A stretch of 64,000 bases of DNA from an uncultured Methanosarcinales archaeon (GTDB taxonomy: Archaea > Nanobdellota > Nanobdellia > Woesearchaeales > GW2011-AR15). Position numbers and translations under genes: made by a program. This document shows, piece by piece, positions 37,430-47,100 of the stretch. The notes beneath the pieces are model-generated. The model was not told where the DNA came from, did not search any database, and worked only from the letters and a program-made list of their open reading frames with translations. Every line of letters starts with the position of its first letter. The first letter of the stretch is position 1. The stretch covers positions 150,368 to 214,367 of the forward strand of contig CAYRXW010000003.1 in assembly GCA_964428335.1 (NCBI GenBank). The letters run 5' to 3'.

Positions 37430-38899
37430 CTACTTCATTCCACTGTCTCCATAACCCGAAAGTTCTCCAGGCTTAAGACAATATTTTGCCAATTGTTCAT
37501 ATGCACCAGGGACACAGAAGGCAGCATCTTTTACCATCTGCTCAGTGCATCCTGTCCTGGTAAGCATTAGGTCTGCAGCATCCTGTGCCAGCATTTTTCC
37601 TTTTTCCATTACAAATCCATAATATGTGCTTCCTGAATAATATTCAGGACCCCATTCTTTCAATGCTGTTGCATCAGATGGACAGCCATTATTATTTTGC
37701 TGTATATTATGTGCTATTTCATGCCTAAATAGCTTATTTTTTTCTTCATTGGAAATACTGTTTACAACACCTGTGCAATACACAGCAGCTGGAGAGCACA
37801 TATTAGATGCACCAACCCAGCAATATGCTCCTTTTGGAACACAATCAGGAACAACAGCTAAATCATATGTCCCACCCATCTCATTTTTTATCTGATAGAA
37901 TATTTTTTCAACGTCTCCATTTACCATCTCATAACCAATTTCAGGAGCAGTAGAACCTACTAATCCTCCTGAAGTGGAAAACTCACTTGAGTCTGAAGGA
38001 ATTGCCTCATTTAATCCCTGATGCACATCTTCTGTTGAAAGCATTGGAACTCCGGAAGGCAAAGGGGCTTCTTTTATAAGTCCGTAATTAGTTGAATAGT
38101 GAACATCTGCAGTAATATAGCCATCTTCCACAGAAGTATCAGAAAAATAATACCATTTTTCTGAAAATGGATTCTGCCATGCCAGCCTTATTTTTTCAAT
38201 GCCTAAAGAATCATGATAAATATTATCTACATACAGCTTTATCTGGATAGGATTCTCTGAAAAATATCCGATAGGGTAAATCCCATACACAAGATTCCCT
38301 TCAAGTCCCTCTCCGTTTACTTCCCTTTTATCAGACACTTTTATATAAATCTCTTTTGCAGGCTTTCCTTTTATATCTTTTAACTCAATTTCATCGCCAG
38401 ATTCAATAATCATATTTTTATCTTCTGAAAATACAGCATTTTCTAAGACCTCCTCAGGCTTAAACCTTGTAATCTTCTCAAAAGTCTGAGTATACCCCTG
38501 GAAAGTATAATCAAAACTTTTGTATTTAATTGAAACAGGATAATCAATTTTTACAATTGCATTAACTTCATTAATGTCAAGAGTGACAATTGCTCCTGCA
38601 TCCTTTACACTCATTCCTTTTTCCTTTAATTTTTCTAAGTACTCAAATGAACACTCTCTTATCTTCAGGGAAACATAATCCTGATATTCTTCTTTTATAG
38701 TTTCATGGATCCCAATCCTTGTGTTTGCGTCAAGGACAATAATCCTGCTGCATTCAGAGAAATATGATTCAAATTCCTTAACATCCAAAGACACGTCAAT
38801 ATCATTATCTTTTATTATTTTTTTCGGAAGCATTATGAATAAAACAAGCAGCAGGACAATACCAATTATTATGGAAATCGTTGCCTGGGACTTTTTCAT
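37430..38899 (-). CDS. Pilin-like protein with C-terminal HExxH zinc-peptidase-like domain
   Basis: MKKS|QATISIIIGIVLLLV; FRHEIAHNIQ followed by KEW. Confidence 0.65.
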   Translation of the reverse strand: MKKSQATISIIIGIVLLLVLFIMLPKKIIKDNDIDVSLDVKEFESYFSECSRIIVLDANTRIGIHETIKEEYQDYVSLKIRECSFEYLEKLKEKGMSVKDAGAIVTLDINEVNAIVKIDYPVSIKYKSFDYTFQGYTQTFEKITRFKPEEVLENAVFSEDKNMIIESGDEIELKDIKGKPAKEIYIKVSDKREVNGEGLEGNLVYGIYPIGYFSENPIQIKLYVDNIYHDSLGIEKIRLAWQNPFSEKWYYFSDTSVEDGYITADVHYSTNYGLIKEAPLPSGVPMLSTEDVHQGLNEAIPSDSSEFSTSGGLVGSTAPEIGYEMVNGDVEKIFYQIKNEMGGTYDLAVVPDCVPKGAYCWVGASNMCSPAAVYCTGVVNSISNEEKNKLFRHEIAHNIQQNNNGCPSDATALKEWGPEYYSGSTYYGFVMEKGKMLAQDAADLMLTRTGCTEQMVKDAAFCVPGAYEQLAKYCLKPGELSGYGDSGMK

Positions 38900-38931
38900 C
38901 AGCTTTTTTTTAATTAGTAAGAATAAAAATG

Positions 38932-38973
38932 TTATGGTGCCTTCCTTAACATCGTTCTAGGGAATGCTATCGC
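38932..38973 (-). repeat. Recoded duplicate of asnS 3' end
   Basis: Encodes AIAFPRTMLRKAP* versus AIPFPRTMLRKAP* in asnS (39044-39085). Confidence 0.9.
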
Positions 38974-38974
38974 A

Positions 38975-39040
38975 CAAGGCTTTTAAGAAAAGCCTTGAGG
39001 TAAAACATATTAAGGACTACCTCGCAATGCTCAGTAGTCC
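38975..39040. other. Two hairpins between the duplicated asnS ends
   Basis: CAAGGCTTTT-AAG-AAAAGCCTTG and GGACTAC-N13-GTAGTCC. Confidence 0.75.
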
Positions 39041-39043
39041 GAA

Positions 39044-40354
39044 TTACGGTGCTTTTCTAAGCATCGTTCTAGGGAAAGGAATTGCATCCTTGATATTCTC
39101 AAACCCGCAAATCCACCTTACAACCCTTTCAACCCCAAGACCATAGCCTGAATGAGGGACTGAGCCATATTTTCTCAGGTCAAGATACCAGTCATAATGC
39201 TCAGGTTTCTCACCTTGTAGTTTCAGGTATTTCTGTAGCTCTTTGATATCTGTATCCCTTTCACTTCCTCCTATTATCTCGCCATAGCCTTCAGGTGCAA
39301 GCATGTCAAAGCATAATGCAACATCATCATTCGCTTCACTTGGCTTTGGAAGCTTTCTTTTCTTATAGAATGCCATTATCTCTTTTGGGTATTCAGTCAC
39401 AACAATAGGCGTATCAAATAATTCCATGACCGTTTCTTCTTCTATAGTCCGTAAGTCTTTTCCCCATTCAACTTCCATCCCTTTCTTTTCTTTCAATAGC
39501 CTTAGAACTTCTGTATAAGTGACAGTAGGGATTTCTTTTTCAGCAGTTGCCTTTAATTTTGAAATATCCCTCTCAAGGATCTTCAGTTCCTTTTCATTGT
39601 TCTCAAGAACTTTTTTCACAATGAATTTTATCTCGTCTTTTGCAACCTGGGTGCACTCGTCAAGATGCATCCATGCAGATTCCATTTCAGCCATCCAGAA
39701 TTCTGCGAGGTGCCTTGAAGTCTTTGATTTTTCAGATCTGAATGTAGGACTCATGTTATAGATTTTTTCTAATGCGAAAACTCCTGCTTCAGCATAAAGC
39801 TGCCAGGACTGTGAAAGATAAACAGTATCCTCAAAAAACTTCACAGAAAATAATGTCGAACCTCCTTCGCAGGCATTAGGCTGGAAGATAGGTGCTTCAA
39901 ACTCATAATATCCTTTATTCCTGAAAAACTCGTGAATTGCGCCTGTAATAGTGCTCCTTATCTTAAGCATTGCAACCATCTTCCTGCTCCTAATCCATAA
40001 GTGTCTGTTATCCAGTAGATACTCAGTTGAGAAATCCTTAGTTATTGGGAAAGGTTCAGAGGAATGCACTATTTTAAGGTCATGAACATCAACCTCAAAT
40101 CCTGTAGGTGCCCTTTCATCCTTTTTTATAGTTCCTGAAAGCTCTAATGATGATTCCATCCCTAATTTTGATGCTGCTTCAAAAATCTCCTTTTTATCTT
40201 CCTTCACAACGCACTGTATTATGTCTGAACTGTCCCTAATGACAATAAAAACAAACTTATTGCTCATCCTTATCCTATAGACCCAGCCTCTTATAGAGAC
40301 TTCGCCTGAGCCTTTTTGCATTGCATCTGAAATTGAGATAAATTTTTGTTCCAT
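39044..40354 (-). CDS. asnS: Asparaginyl-tRNA synthetase
   Basis: OB fold IRGWV, YLSQS.QLY, FRSEKS.T.RHLAEFWM, GEIIGGSER, PHSGYGLGVER. Confidence 0.93.
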   Translation of the reverse strand: MEQKFISISDAMQKGSGEVSIRGWVYRIRMSNKFVFIVIRDSSDIIQCVVKEDKKEIFEAASKLGMESSLELSGTIKKDERAPTGFEVDVHDLKIVHSSEPFPITKDFSTEYLLDNRHLWIRSRKMVAMLKIRSTITGAIHEFFRNKGYYEFEAPIFQPNACEGGSTLFSVKFFEDTVYLSQSWQLYAEAGVFALEKIYNMSPTFRSEKSKTSRHLAEFWMAEMESAWMHLDECTQVAKDEIKFIVKKVLENNEKELKILERDISKLKATAEKEIPTVTYTEVLRLLKEKKGMEVEWGKDLRTIEEETVMELFDTPIVVTEYPKEIMAFYKKRKLPKPSEANDDVALCFDMLAPEGYGEIIGGSERDTDIKELQKYLKLQGEKPEHYDWYLDLRKYGSVPHSGYGLGVERVVRWICGFENIKDAIPFPRTMLRKAP

Positions 40355-40427
40355 ACCTTACAGGATAAATTATGATTTTATAAAATTGGCGAAATATATA
40401 TATAACCCGCATCCATAATCCTTGAAT

Positions 40428-40931
40428 ATGAAAAAGAGGGGACAGTTTTCAGTAGAATATATTATGATAATCACAATCTCCCTTCTTATACTTTTACCTG
40501 GAATCTATATTTTCAGAAACTATGCATTTGAATCAAATGACAGGTTGATGGAAACCAGGCTAGATGAGGTTGCAAATTCAATACTTTTGAGGGCAAAAAA
40601 AATGCATTACTTTGGCCCGCCATCCAAATCAGTTGTTGAAGTGGAGATGCCTTCCGGTATAAGCAGCATGTATGTCTATAATGAAGGGACAGAGTATTTT
40701 TTGGGTTTTTTAGTTCTCACTTCTTCAGGAGAGAAAGAATTTCTTTTTGATTCTGATATACCCATACGTGTGGATTCCCCAGTAGCCTGCAAAAACCCAT
40801 GCAGTTCCTGCTCGTGTTTCCCTGAAAATGCGTATGGTGAAGGGCTAAAAAACATCAAAGTTGAATCAGCAAAAGACACCATGTTTTATGTCAGGATAAA
40901 AGAGGATTCAGAGGCAGTTGCAAATGGCTAA
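40428..40931 (+). CDS. Type IV pilin-like protein (class III signal)
   Basis: MKKRG|QFSVEYIMII. Confidence 0.8.
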   Translation: MKKRGQFSVEYIMIITISLLILLPGIYIFRNYAFESNDRLMETRLDEVANSILLRAKKMHYFGPPSKSVVEVEMPSGISSMYVYNEGTEYFLGFLVLTSSGEKEFLFDSDIPIRVDSPVACKNPCSSCSCFPENAYGEGLKNIKVESAKDTMFYVRIKEDSEAVANG

Positions 40932-41409
40932 GGCCCAGATAATCAGCATGGATTTCATCATGGCTTTCATAATCTTCATGGGGGCGATATCTATTTTTTT
41001 TTATTCATACCAAAGCAATATCAGGTCTTCAAACTTTAAAATAGATCCGAAAGCAACTTTCTCTAAGCTTACAAACATGGAGAATTCTTTTCTTTCAGGA
41101 GCAAAACTTGTCAATTTTGATGAATACATAACAGAATATGAGCCGTTAACACTTCATGAAATATTAAAAGGCACAGAGAATGCAAACTACTGCATCTATC
41201 TTCAGAATGGCACGAAAATACTGAGAAATTTTGAAGCTGTTGATAGTGACAATAATATTTTTTTTGGAGCGAAAAAATGCGGGGAAGTCAGGTTTACACC
41301 AACTTTAGAAGAGCCTATATGCAGGGGAAAAGAGGCAATCATTATCACAAAACCAGTTGTTTTTAACGGTGGGATAATGTCTCTGAATGTGCTTGCATGT
41401 GAAAAATGA
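40924..41409 (+). CDS. Pilin-like protein (class III signal)
   Basis: MAKA|QIISMDFIMAFIIF. Confidence 0.78.
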   Translation: MAKAQIISMDFIMAFIIFMGAISIFFYSYQSNIRSSNFKIDPKATFSKLTNMENSFLSGAKLVNFDEYITEYEPLTLHEILKGTENANYCIYLQNGTKILRNFEAVDSDNNIFFGAKKCGEVRFTPTLEEPICRGKEAIIITKPVVFNGGIMSLNVLACEK

Positions 41410-41921
41410 AAAAAGGATATTTTTTCTTAATTGATGGGATATTTGCAATAGTCATACTTGTAATAGGCTTTTTGCTTGTATCAACAGAAAAGCCATATAA
41501 AGAGCAGACAATGCCAGTAGAATTCTCAGCGGACAATTTCATAGACATATTATCAACAGTCAAGCTTAGTGACATCTGTGAAAATTCAGTGTGCACAAAC
41601 AAGAAAATAGAACAATATATTGGACAGACAAATAATCGTGAACAGACTATTATTGATTTTCTCGGGGAGTTATATTCAGCAGGGAAAAAAAATGAAGCAA
41701 AGATCATTTTCACAAACTTAACATACATAGTCAGAAACGACATATATGGTGTTTCCCTCTCCATAAATAATGAAGAACTCTATTCCGACGCCGGAAAAAT
41801 CCAAAGCAGAGAATTAATAGCATCCAAAAAGATGGTTTTTGGCTTTGCAGAAAACCAGGCAAATGGGAAAGTAAGATACTGGGGACCATATCTTGCAGAG
41901 GTCATGATATGGGAAAAATGA
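41406..41921 (+). CDS. Pilin-like protein (class III signal)
   Basis: MKKG|YFFLIDGIFAIVIL; C-terminal GPY..V.IW. Confidence 0.78.
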   Translation: MKKGYFFLIDGIFAIVILVIGFLLVSTEKPYKEQTMPVEFSADNFIDILSTVKLSDICENSVCTNKKIEQYIGQTNNREQTIIDFLGELYSAGKKNEAKIIFTNLTYIVRNDIYGVSLSINNEELYSDAGKIQSRELIASKKMVFGFAENQANGKVRYWGPYLAEVMIWEK

Positions 41922-42727
41922 TCCTTTCAAACAATGGGAAATTAAGAAAAAGAGCAATCTTCTTTTCCATAATGAGCATGTTCATCATTATCCTATTTGT
42001 TTCACTCTCTACGATATTATCAAAATTCAGGGTTGAGGAAACAGAACTTGACATAACAAGGGATAGGGTCAGCGTATTAAATTCGGTTGTAAGCGACATG
42101 GAAGAGGTTTATTTTGAAAAAATGGTATATGTGGCTGCAAAAAACTCTTTAATAGGGCTTTCAAAATACTATCACGAAAACCAATACGGAAGCAGGGTAA
42201 AGAGGACCGCAGAGGCAAATATGAGAACGCTTCTTTATGAAGGGATATTGGTTGAGCCAAACGGTGAAAAAATCAACCTTACAGTGCTTAGATTTAATGA
42301 TGACAACCAGCCTTATATCAACAGAAGCTATACAATAAAAGGGCTGAAGGAAGGGGTTGTTTTAATGTTTAATGACCTTGGTGTAAATGTGAACGAGTTC
42401 TCCATAAACATCTCAACAGGAAATATGGACCAGATTGACCCATGGACAATGCAGATAAAAGCAGACATCTACTATGATTTTGAAGATAAGACAAAAATTG
42501 TATCATGGTCAGGATTTACTGAAAAAACAGTAAAAGTGCCAATATATGGGATGTATTCATATGATCTTCAGAATGGAAAAGGAAACTTTGAAATCATTAC
42601 AAGAAACTGGAAAGAAGACAAATTCACAAAGACAGAGCCATCTGTACTTTCAAAATTGAGCAATTACAATAATCCAAAGCAAAACGGGATATGTTCGCCA
42701 AGCGCAACATGTGATGCAAATGTCTAA
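41909..42727 (+). CDS. Pilin-like protein (class III signal)
   Basis: RKRA|IFFSIMSMFIIILF. Confidence 0.72.
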   Translation: MGKMILSNNGKLRKRAIFFSIMSMFIIILFVSLSTILSKFRVEETELDITRDRVSVLNSVVSDMEEVYFEKMVYVAAKNSLIGLSKYYHENQYGSRVKRTAEANMRTLLYEGILVEPNGEKINLTVLRFNDDNQPYINRSYTIKGLKEGVVLMFNDLGVNVNEFSINISTGNMDQIDPWTMQIKADIYYDFEDKTKIVSWSGFTEKTVKVPIYGMYSYDLQNGKGNFEIITRNWKEDKFTKTEPSVLSKLSNYNNPKQNGICSPSATCDANV

Positions 42728-43613
42728 GTCACAGGTTTCCTTTGAATTTATAATGATCTTTGTACTTGTGCTTTTTGCATTATCAGGGTTTATCTATATA
42801 ATAAACCAGAGAATTTTTGAACTAAGCAAAAAACAGGAAAATCTTGTTTTAGTGCATCTTTCAAACAGCATAATAAACGAGGCAATAATAGCATCAAGCG
42901 CCAACAACAATTATGTAAGGAAGTTTGATATCCCGCAAAAATTGTTCGGAAAAGATTATAGGATGAGCATTGAAAACTCAGAGCTTTCTATAGTTGTACT
43001 GGAGAATAACCAGACCTATCTAGAGCATCTGGCAGTTTTTCCAATCCCTGTAAAAGGTAGCTTCATACAGCAGATAACAGAGAACACGACAGAGCACTGC
43101 GTCTCAAGAAGCACAGACGGCATAAGATTTTCAAGGACACAGGCAAGCATCGACCCGAATGTCACAAATCCAGGACTAGGAGATGTATTTGACGTTTTCA
43201 TAAGCCTTCACTGCGTGACAGATGTCGCTAGCGCAAGATTCACGATAAAATATGATCCAGAAGCGCTTGAGCTTATGGATATGGAAGCAGTTCCAGTGAT
43301 ATTTCAAAAACAGGAATTTCGGAAAAAAAATCCTCTGTTCGAAAACGTCCTTACTGAATTTCCTATAAATGATCCGGAACTAATAAATGAAGATATTGCA
43401 AGATTCACGTTTGGCTACATCGGGACAACATGCGAATCAGGTTCAGGAAACTTTGCTAGGATGAAATTCAGGGCATTAAAGGCAGGGGAAACAGAGATAA
43501 AATTTGATGAGGATGTAAACGAATACATAAACATCCTTGACTGCAACACTAATCCAACAACAGAATTCGCACTGCCTGATTCAAGGAACAATGCCAGGAT
43601 TGTTATAGAGTAG
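42720..43613 (+). CDS. Pilin-like protein with C-terminal cohesin-like domain
   Basis: MSKS|QVSFEFIMIF; GDVFDVFI..SARFTIKYDPEALEL..SGSGNFARMKFRALKAGETEIKF. Confidence 0.72.
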   Translation: MSKSQVSFEFIMIFVLVLFALSGFIYIINQRIFELSKKQENLVLVHLSNSIINEAIIASSANNNYVRKFDIPQKLFGKDYRMSIENSELSIVVLENNQTYLEHLAVFPIPVKGSFIQQITENTTEHCVSRSTDGIRFSRTQASIDPNVTNPGLGDVFDVFISLHCVTDVASARFTIKYDPEALELMDMEAVPVIFQKQEFRKKNPLFENVLTEFPINDPELINEDIARFTFGYIGTTCESGSGNFARMKFRALKAGETEIKFDEDVNEYINILDCNTNPTTEFALPDSRNNARIVIE

Positions 43614-43668
43614 AAAAGTTTATATAGCAGTAAACCGGTAAGAAAACCAAGGAAAAGAGGGGTTTTTA

Positions 43669-44151
43669 ATGAAAAAAGCACTAATCTTAATGGTAACACT
43701 TATAATATTTCTAAGCGCATGCACAATAAAAAAAGAAGAAAATGGATGTTTTGCTTTGTCTGGGGAAGATAGGGCAAAATGTTTTTCTGCTCAAGCTGCA
43801 GAAACTTTAAATATAGAATTTTGTGAAAACCTCCAAGAACAGGAGCTAAAAAAAGAATGCATTGAAGGGAGCATTAATGCAAGATTATCTCCAGAGGATT
43901 GTTCAATGCTTGATGAAACAGGCGACGTTGATTTTTGTGTGTACACAGTAGCGAAGAAAACAAAGGATATGGGTGTCTGTGAAAAAATAAGTGCCCTGAT
44001 TACGAAGGACAGTTGTTATCTTGATATGGTTAGTATCTATGGATTAGATGCATGCAAAAGCATTACAGGTTCTGGCTTAAAGGAACTATGTGAAAAAACT
44101 GCTAACAAAGAAGAAAATATTAACCTTGATGGTGTAAACGTTGTCAATTAA
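43669..44151 (+). CDS. Cys-repeat lipoprotein
   Basis: Lipobox LSA|C; repeated C..(I/L).....K..C units. Confidence 0.72.
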   Translation: MKKALILMVTLIIFLSACTIKKEENGCFALSGEDRAKCFSAQAAETLNIEFCENLQEQELKKECIEGSINARLSPEDCSMLDETGDVDFCVYTVAKKTKDMGVCEKISALITKDSCYLDMVSIYGLDACKSITGSGLKELCEKTANKEENINLDGVNVVN

Positions 44152-44152
44152 A

Positions 44153-47100
44153 ATGAAAAACAACCTAAAGCGAACTTTATTTGTTTTTTTCGGATTAATT
44201 TTATTAACTTTTTTTGCAAAATTAACTCTTGCTATTTGTTGGGGTGTTGAGTGTCCACCAGGCAGTCCAGGATGTAAAGATGACTGGTGCGATGATTTGT
44301 ATGATGCTGAATGTGTTGCATGTGATGATCCTGCAGAAGAGAATCAAGATCCACCTTGCGAACCTTCATGTGGTTCCAATGAATGCGGTGGAAACGGTTG
44401 CGGGGGATCATGTGGATCGTGTGATGCTGAACCATACACAACAGGTTGTACAAACGGAGCATGTATGTTCCAGCCAGCAACTCTAACAGCAAGTTCAAAC
44501 ACACCTTGCATAGATGAGACTGCAGCATCAAAAAAAATAATAGTAACTGGGACAAGCGGATACTGCGGGGATGTTTCTATAAAATTGCCATGGAATGCAA
44601 ACTTAGTACCTGTTGAAACAACAAAAACTTTCGAGACTTATAATTTTCAAAAAGAAATAACAATACCAGACGATGTTGCTTTAGCAAACACTCCTTTTGT
44701 AGTTGAAGTATGGGGGAACAGGGAAGCAAAGGACTCATCAAAAGATGAAGTTGATTATGTGCCTGTGTGTTATAAGGAGATTCTTGTTGAACTTAACTAC
44801 CTTAATTTTTTCTATTGCCCAGATTCTGAAAATTTGCAGATAGCAGCAGATGGCAGGTTTGATTACTACAATGAAACAGCACAATATATTTTTGATTCAT
44901 TTACTTATGTGAAATGGGATGAATGCGTAAGCAGCTTAACAGTCACAGCATGCTCCCCAAACCCAACAGACTGCGTTGATAATTCAGGAACTTCAAAAAG
45001 CCAGAACAGCGTTTTCAACGGTGATACTGATTCAGAGACAGAGGTCTGCTGGTCAAAAGAAGGCATACAGGGTGCCTGGACAGATGCTGATATCAGCCCT
45101 AATGTATGTGCAAAAATAACAGGGGCAGACTGGTATGACTGCAATCCTTCAGCAGAATGTGATAATGGTGTTGATGATGTAACTGGTACAAACAACCTGG
45201 ACATTGACGGACTTTGCTGTGGCGATGACAACAGTGAAAACAACCTTCAGACAAAGGTCAAATATGCAGGAAATACGGCTTTTATTCCAAACATTAATTA
45301 CAATGCATGTTGCGATGATGGGTTTACCTGTGCAACAGAATACGGAAGCTGCATAAGAAGCGGAGATACTTATTGTTTAGAAATAGAAAACTACAGGGCT
45401 ACATGCAAGGCTGAAGGTCATATAGAAATCAGCCAGGATACAAGATGCAAGTCAGACTGTCAAATATGCAACATAAATGATGAAGAACAGTCTTTTGGGG
45501 TAATAGATGATATTGATCTAAATGCAATAAATTCTTTTATTGAGAATTCACCAGGAGATTATGATCCTTTGTATGACACTAACAGGGATAATAATGTAAA
45601 TGAAGATGACATATTGTTCTGCAGGTCAATGTATGGTGAAGCATGTGTTACATGCTTAAGATTAGCTGAAGAAGGAAGAGATGTGTGCGCAGAAACAGAT
45701 GACGGAATCGTGTTTGGGCAAAACAAGCCTTTCAGATGCTCACCAAACGAAAACAATTTCACTGTTGAATTAAGAAATGATGATTACTGCGGTGAAGTCT
45801 GCGACTATACTTTTGAGAAAGCAGCATGCGATGTAAACAAGTGCGGTGGCTGCGCAGTAGATAGTGACTGTGGTTCTGACCAGTATTGTGATGTATCAAG
45901 ATGCTCATGCGAGCCAAGGATGTGCAATGACGATATATGTTCAGACTTTGACTGTAGTGTCTGTGGAGGAACAGGAGACTGTGGAACATGCCCTCCACCA
46001 TGCACTAAAACAGAAAACAATGAATATACCTTGGATGACAACAAAGATAATGATTGTGATGGTTTGGTTGATGAACCAATCTTCGAAGAAGAAGGGACGT
46101 ATATTTGGGAATCTTCCTGTAACTATTATGTATGTGAATTTACAGATTCAGTAAAAAAGAAGAAAGCAGAAGTCACTTTGAAAGGAAGTGTTAGTGCAGC
46201 TACAAAAGTTTTGAGTGAACTTGATGATGTAGTAGCAAGAACAGCAATAAAGACTTCTTTTGTTTCTCATTTAAACAATTCAGATAATATAGACTGCATG
46301 CTTTTCAAATCAGGAGAAGTACTTGAATATTTTGTAAACTTTTCAGGCAGTACAAATACAGCACAGATATTTTTAGGAGACACATTAAGAAACCCAATAT
46401 CAAATCCTTTCAGTTATGCTTCACCTTCCTGTGCACTAGGTTGTTCATCACCTGGAAATTGCCAGAGGCTGAGCTGTGATCCTGCAGAATGCCTGTTTGA
46501 TTGCGGAGGATATTTTGTTGACACTTCAACAGATTATTGTGCAGCATGCCAGGAATCTACTGTATGCTCAAATTATACAGACAGATATTCATGCTATTAT
46601 GATCCATGTTCAGGGGCAATGACAAACAAAGGATGCTCTTGGAATGAGACCAACAAGCAATGCTCAGACTCTTTTAACTATTGCCCTCCAGGCACTGCTC
46701 TTTGCACAGATGGAAGCTGCAGCGTTAATTGCAAAGACAGCGAGTTTCAGGGATGTGTCCAGAGTGTTATAGACTATTCAAAAATAAAAGACAAGGCAGG
46801 AACAAATAACGGAAAAGTTGTCGGTTCTGAGATATACGAAGATGGAAGGATCAACGAAGGCTTTGAATTTGATGGAAATGATTTCATCAGTGTTCCAGAT
46901 AAAGCCATATTTGACCTTGATTATTTCACAATATCTTTTTATGTCAACCCTTCAGATGTAGATATAAAAAACGAATATGTAAGTAAAAGACTATCATGCG
47001 GAAACAGCAACTATTTTGACATATGGGGGAATGACAGCATATATCTTGAGGTGAACAAAGGCTCAAGGGCATATGTTGTAAAGACTTCCAGAGTGAAGGA

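Noticed and set aside
40355..40427. Asn-rich leader peptide upstream of asnS, by analogy with leuS
   Set aside because: No such uORF; the gap holds only divergent TATA-like boxes
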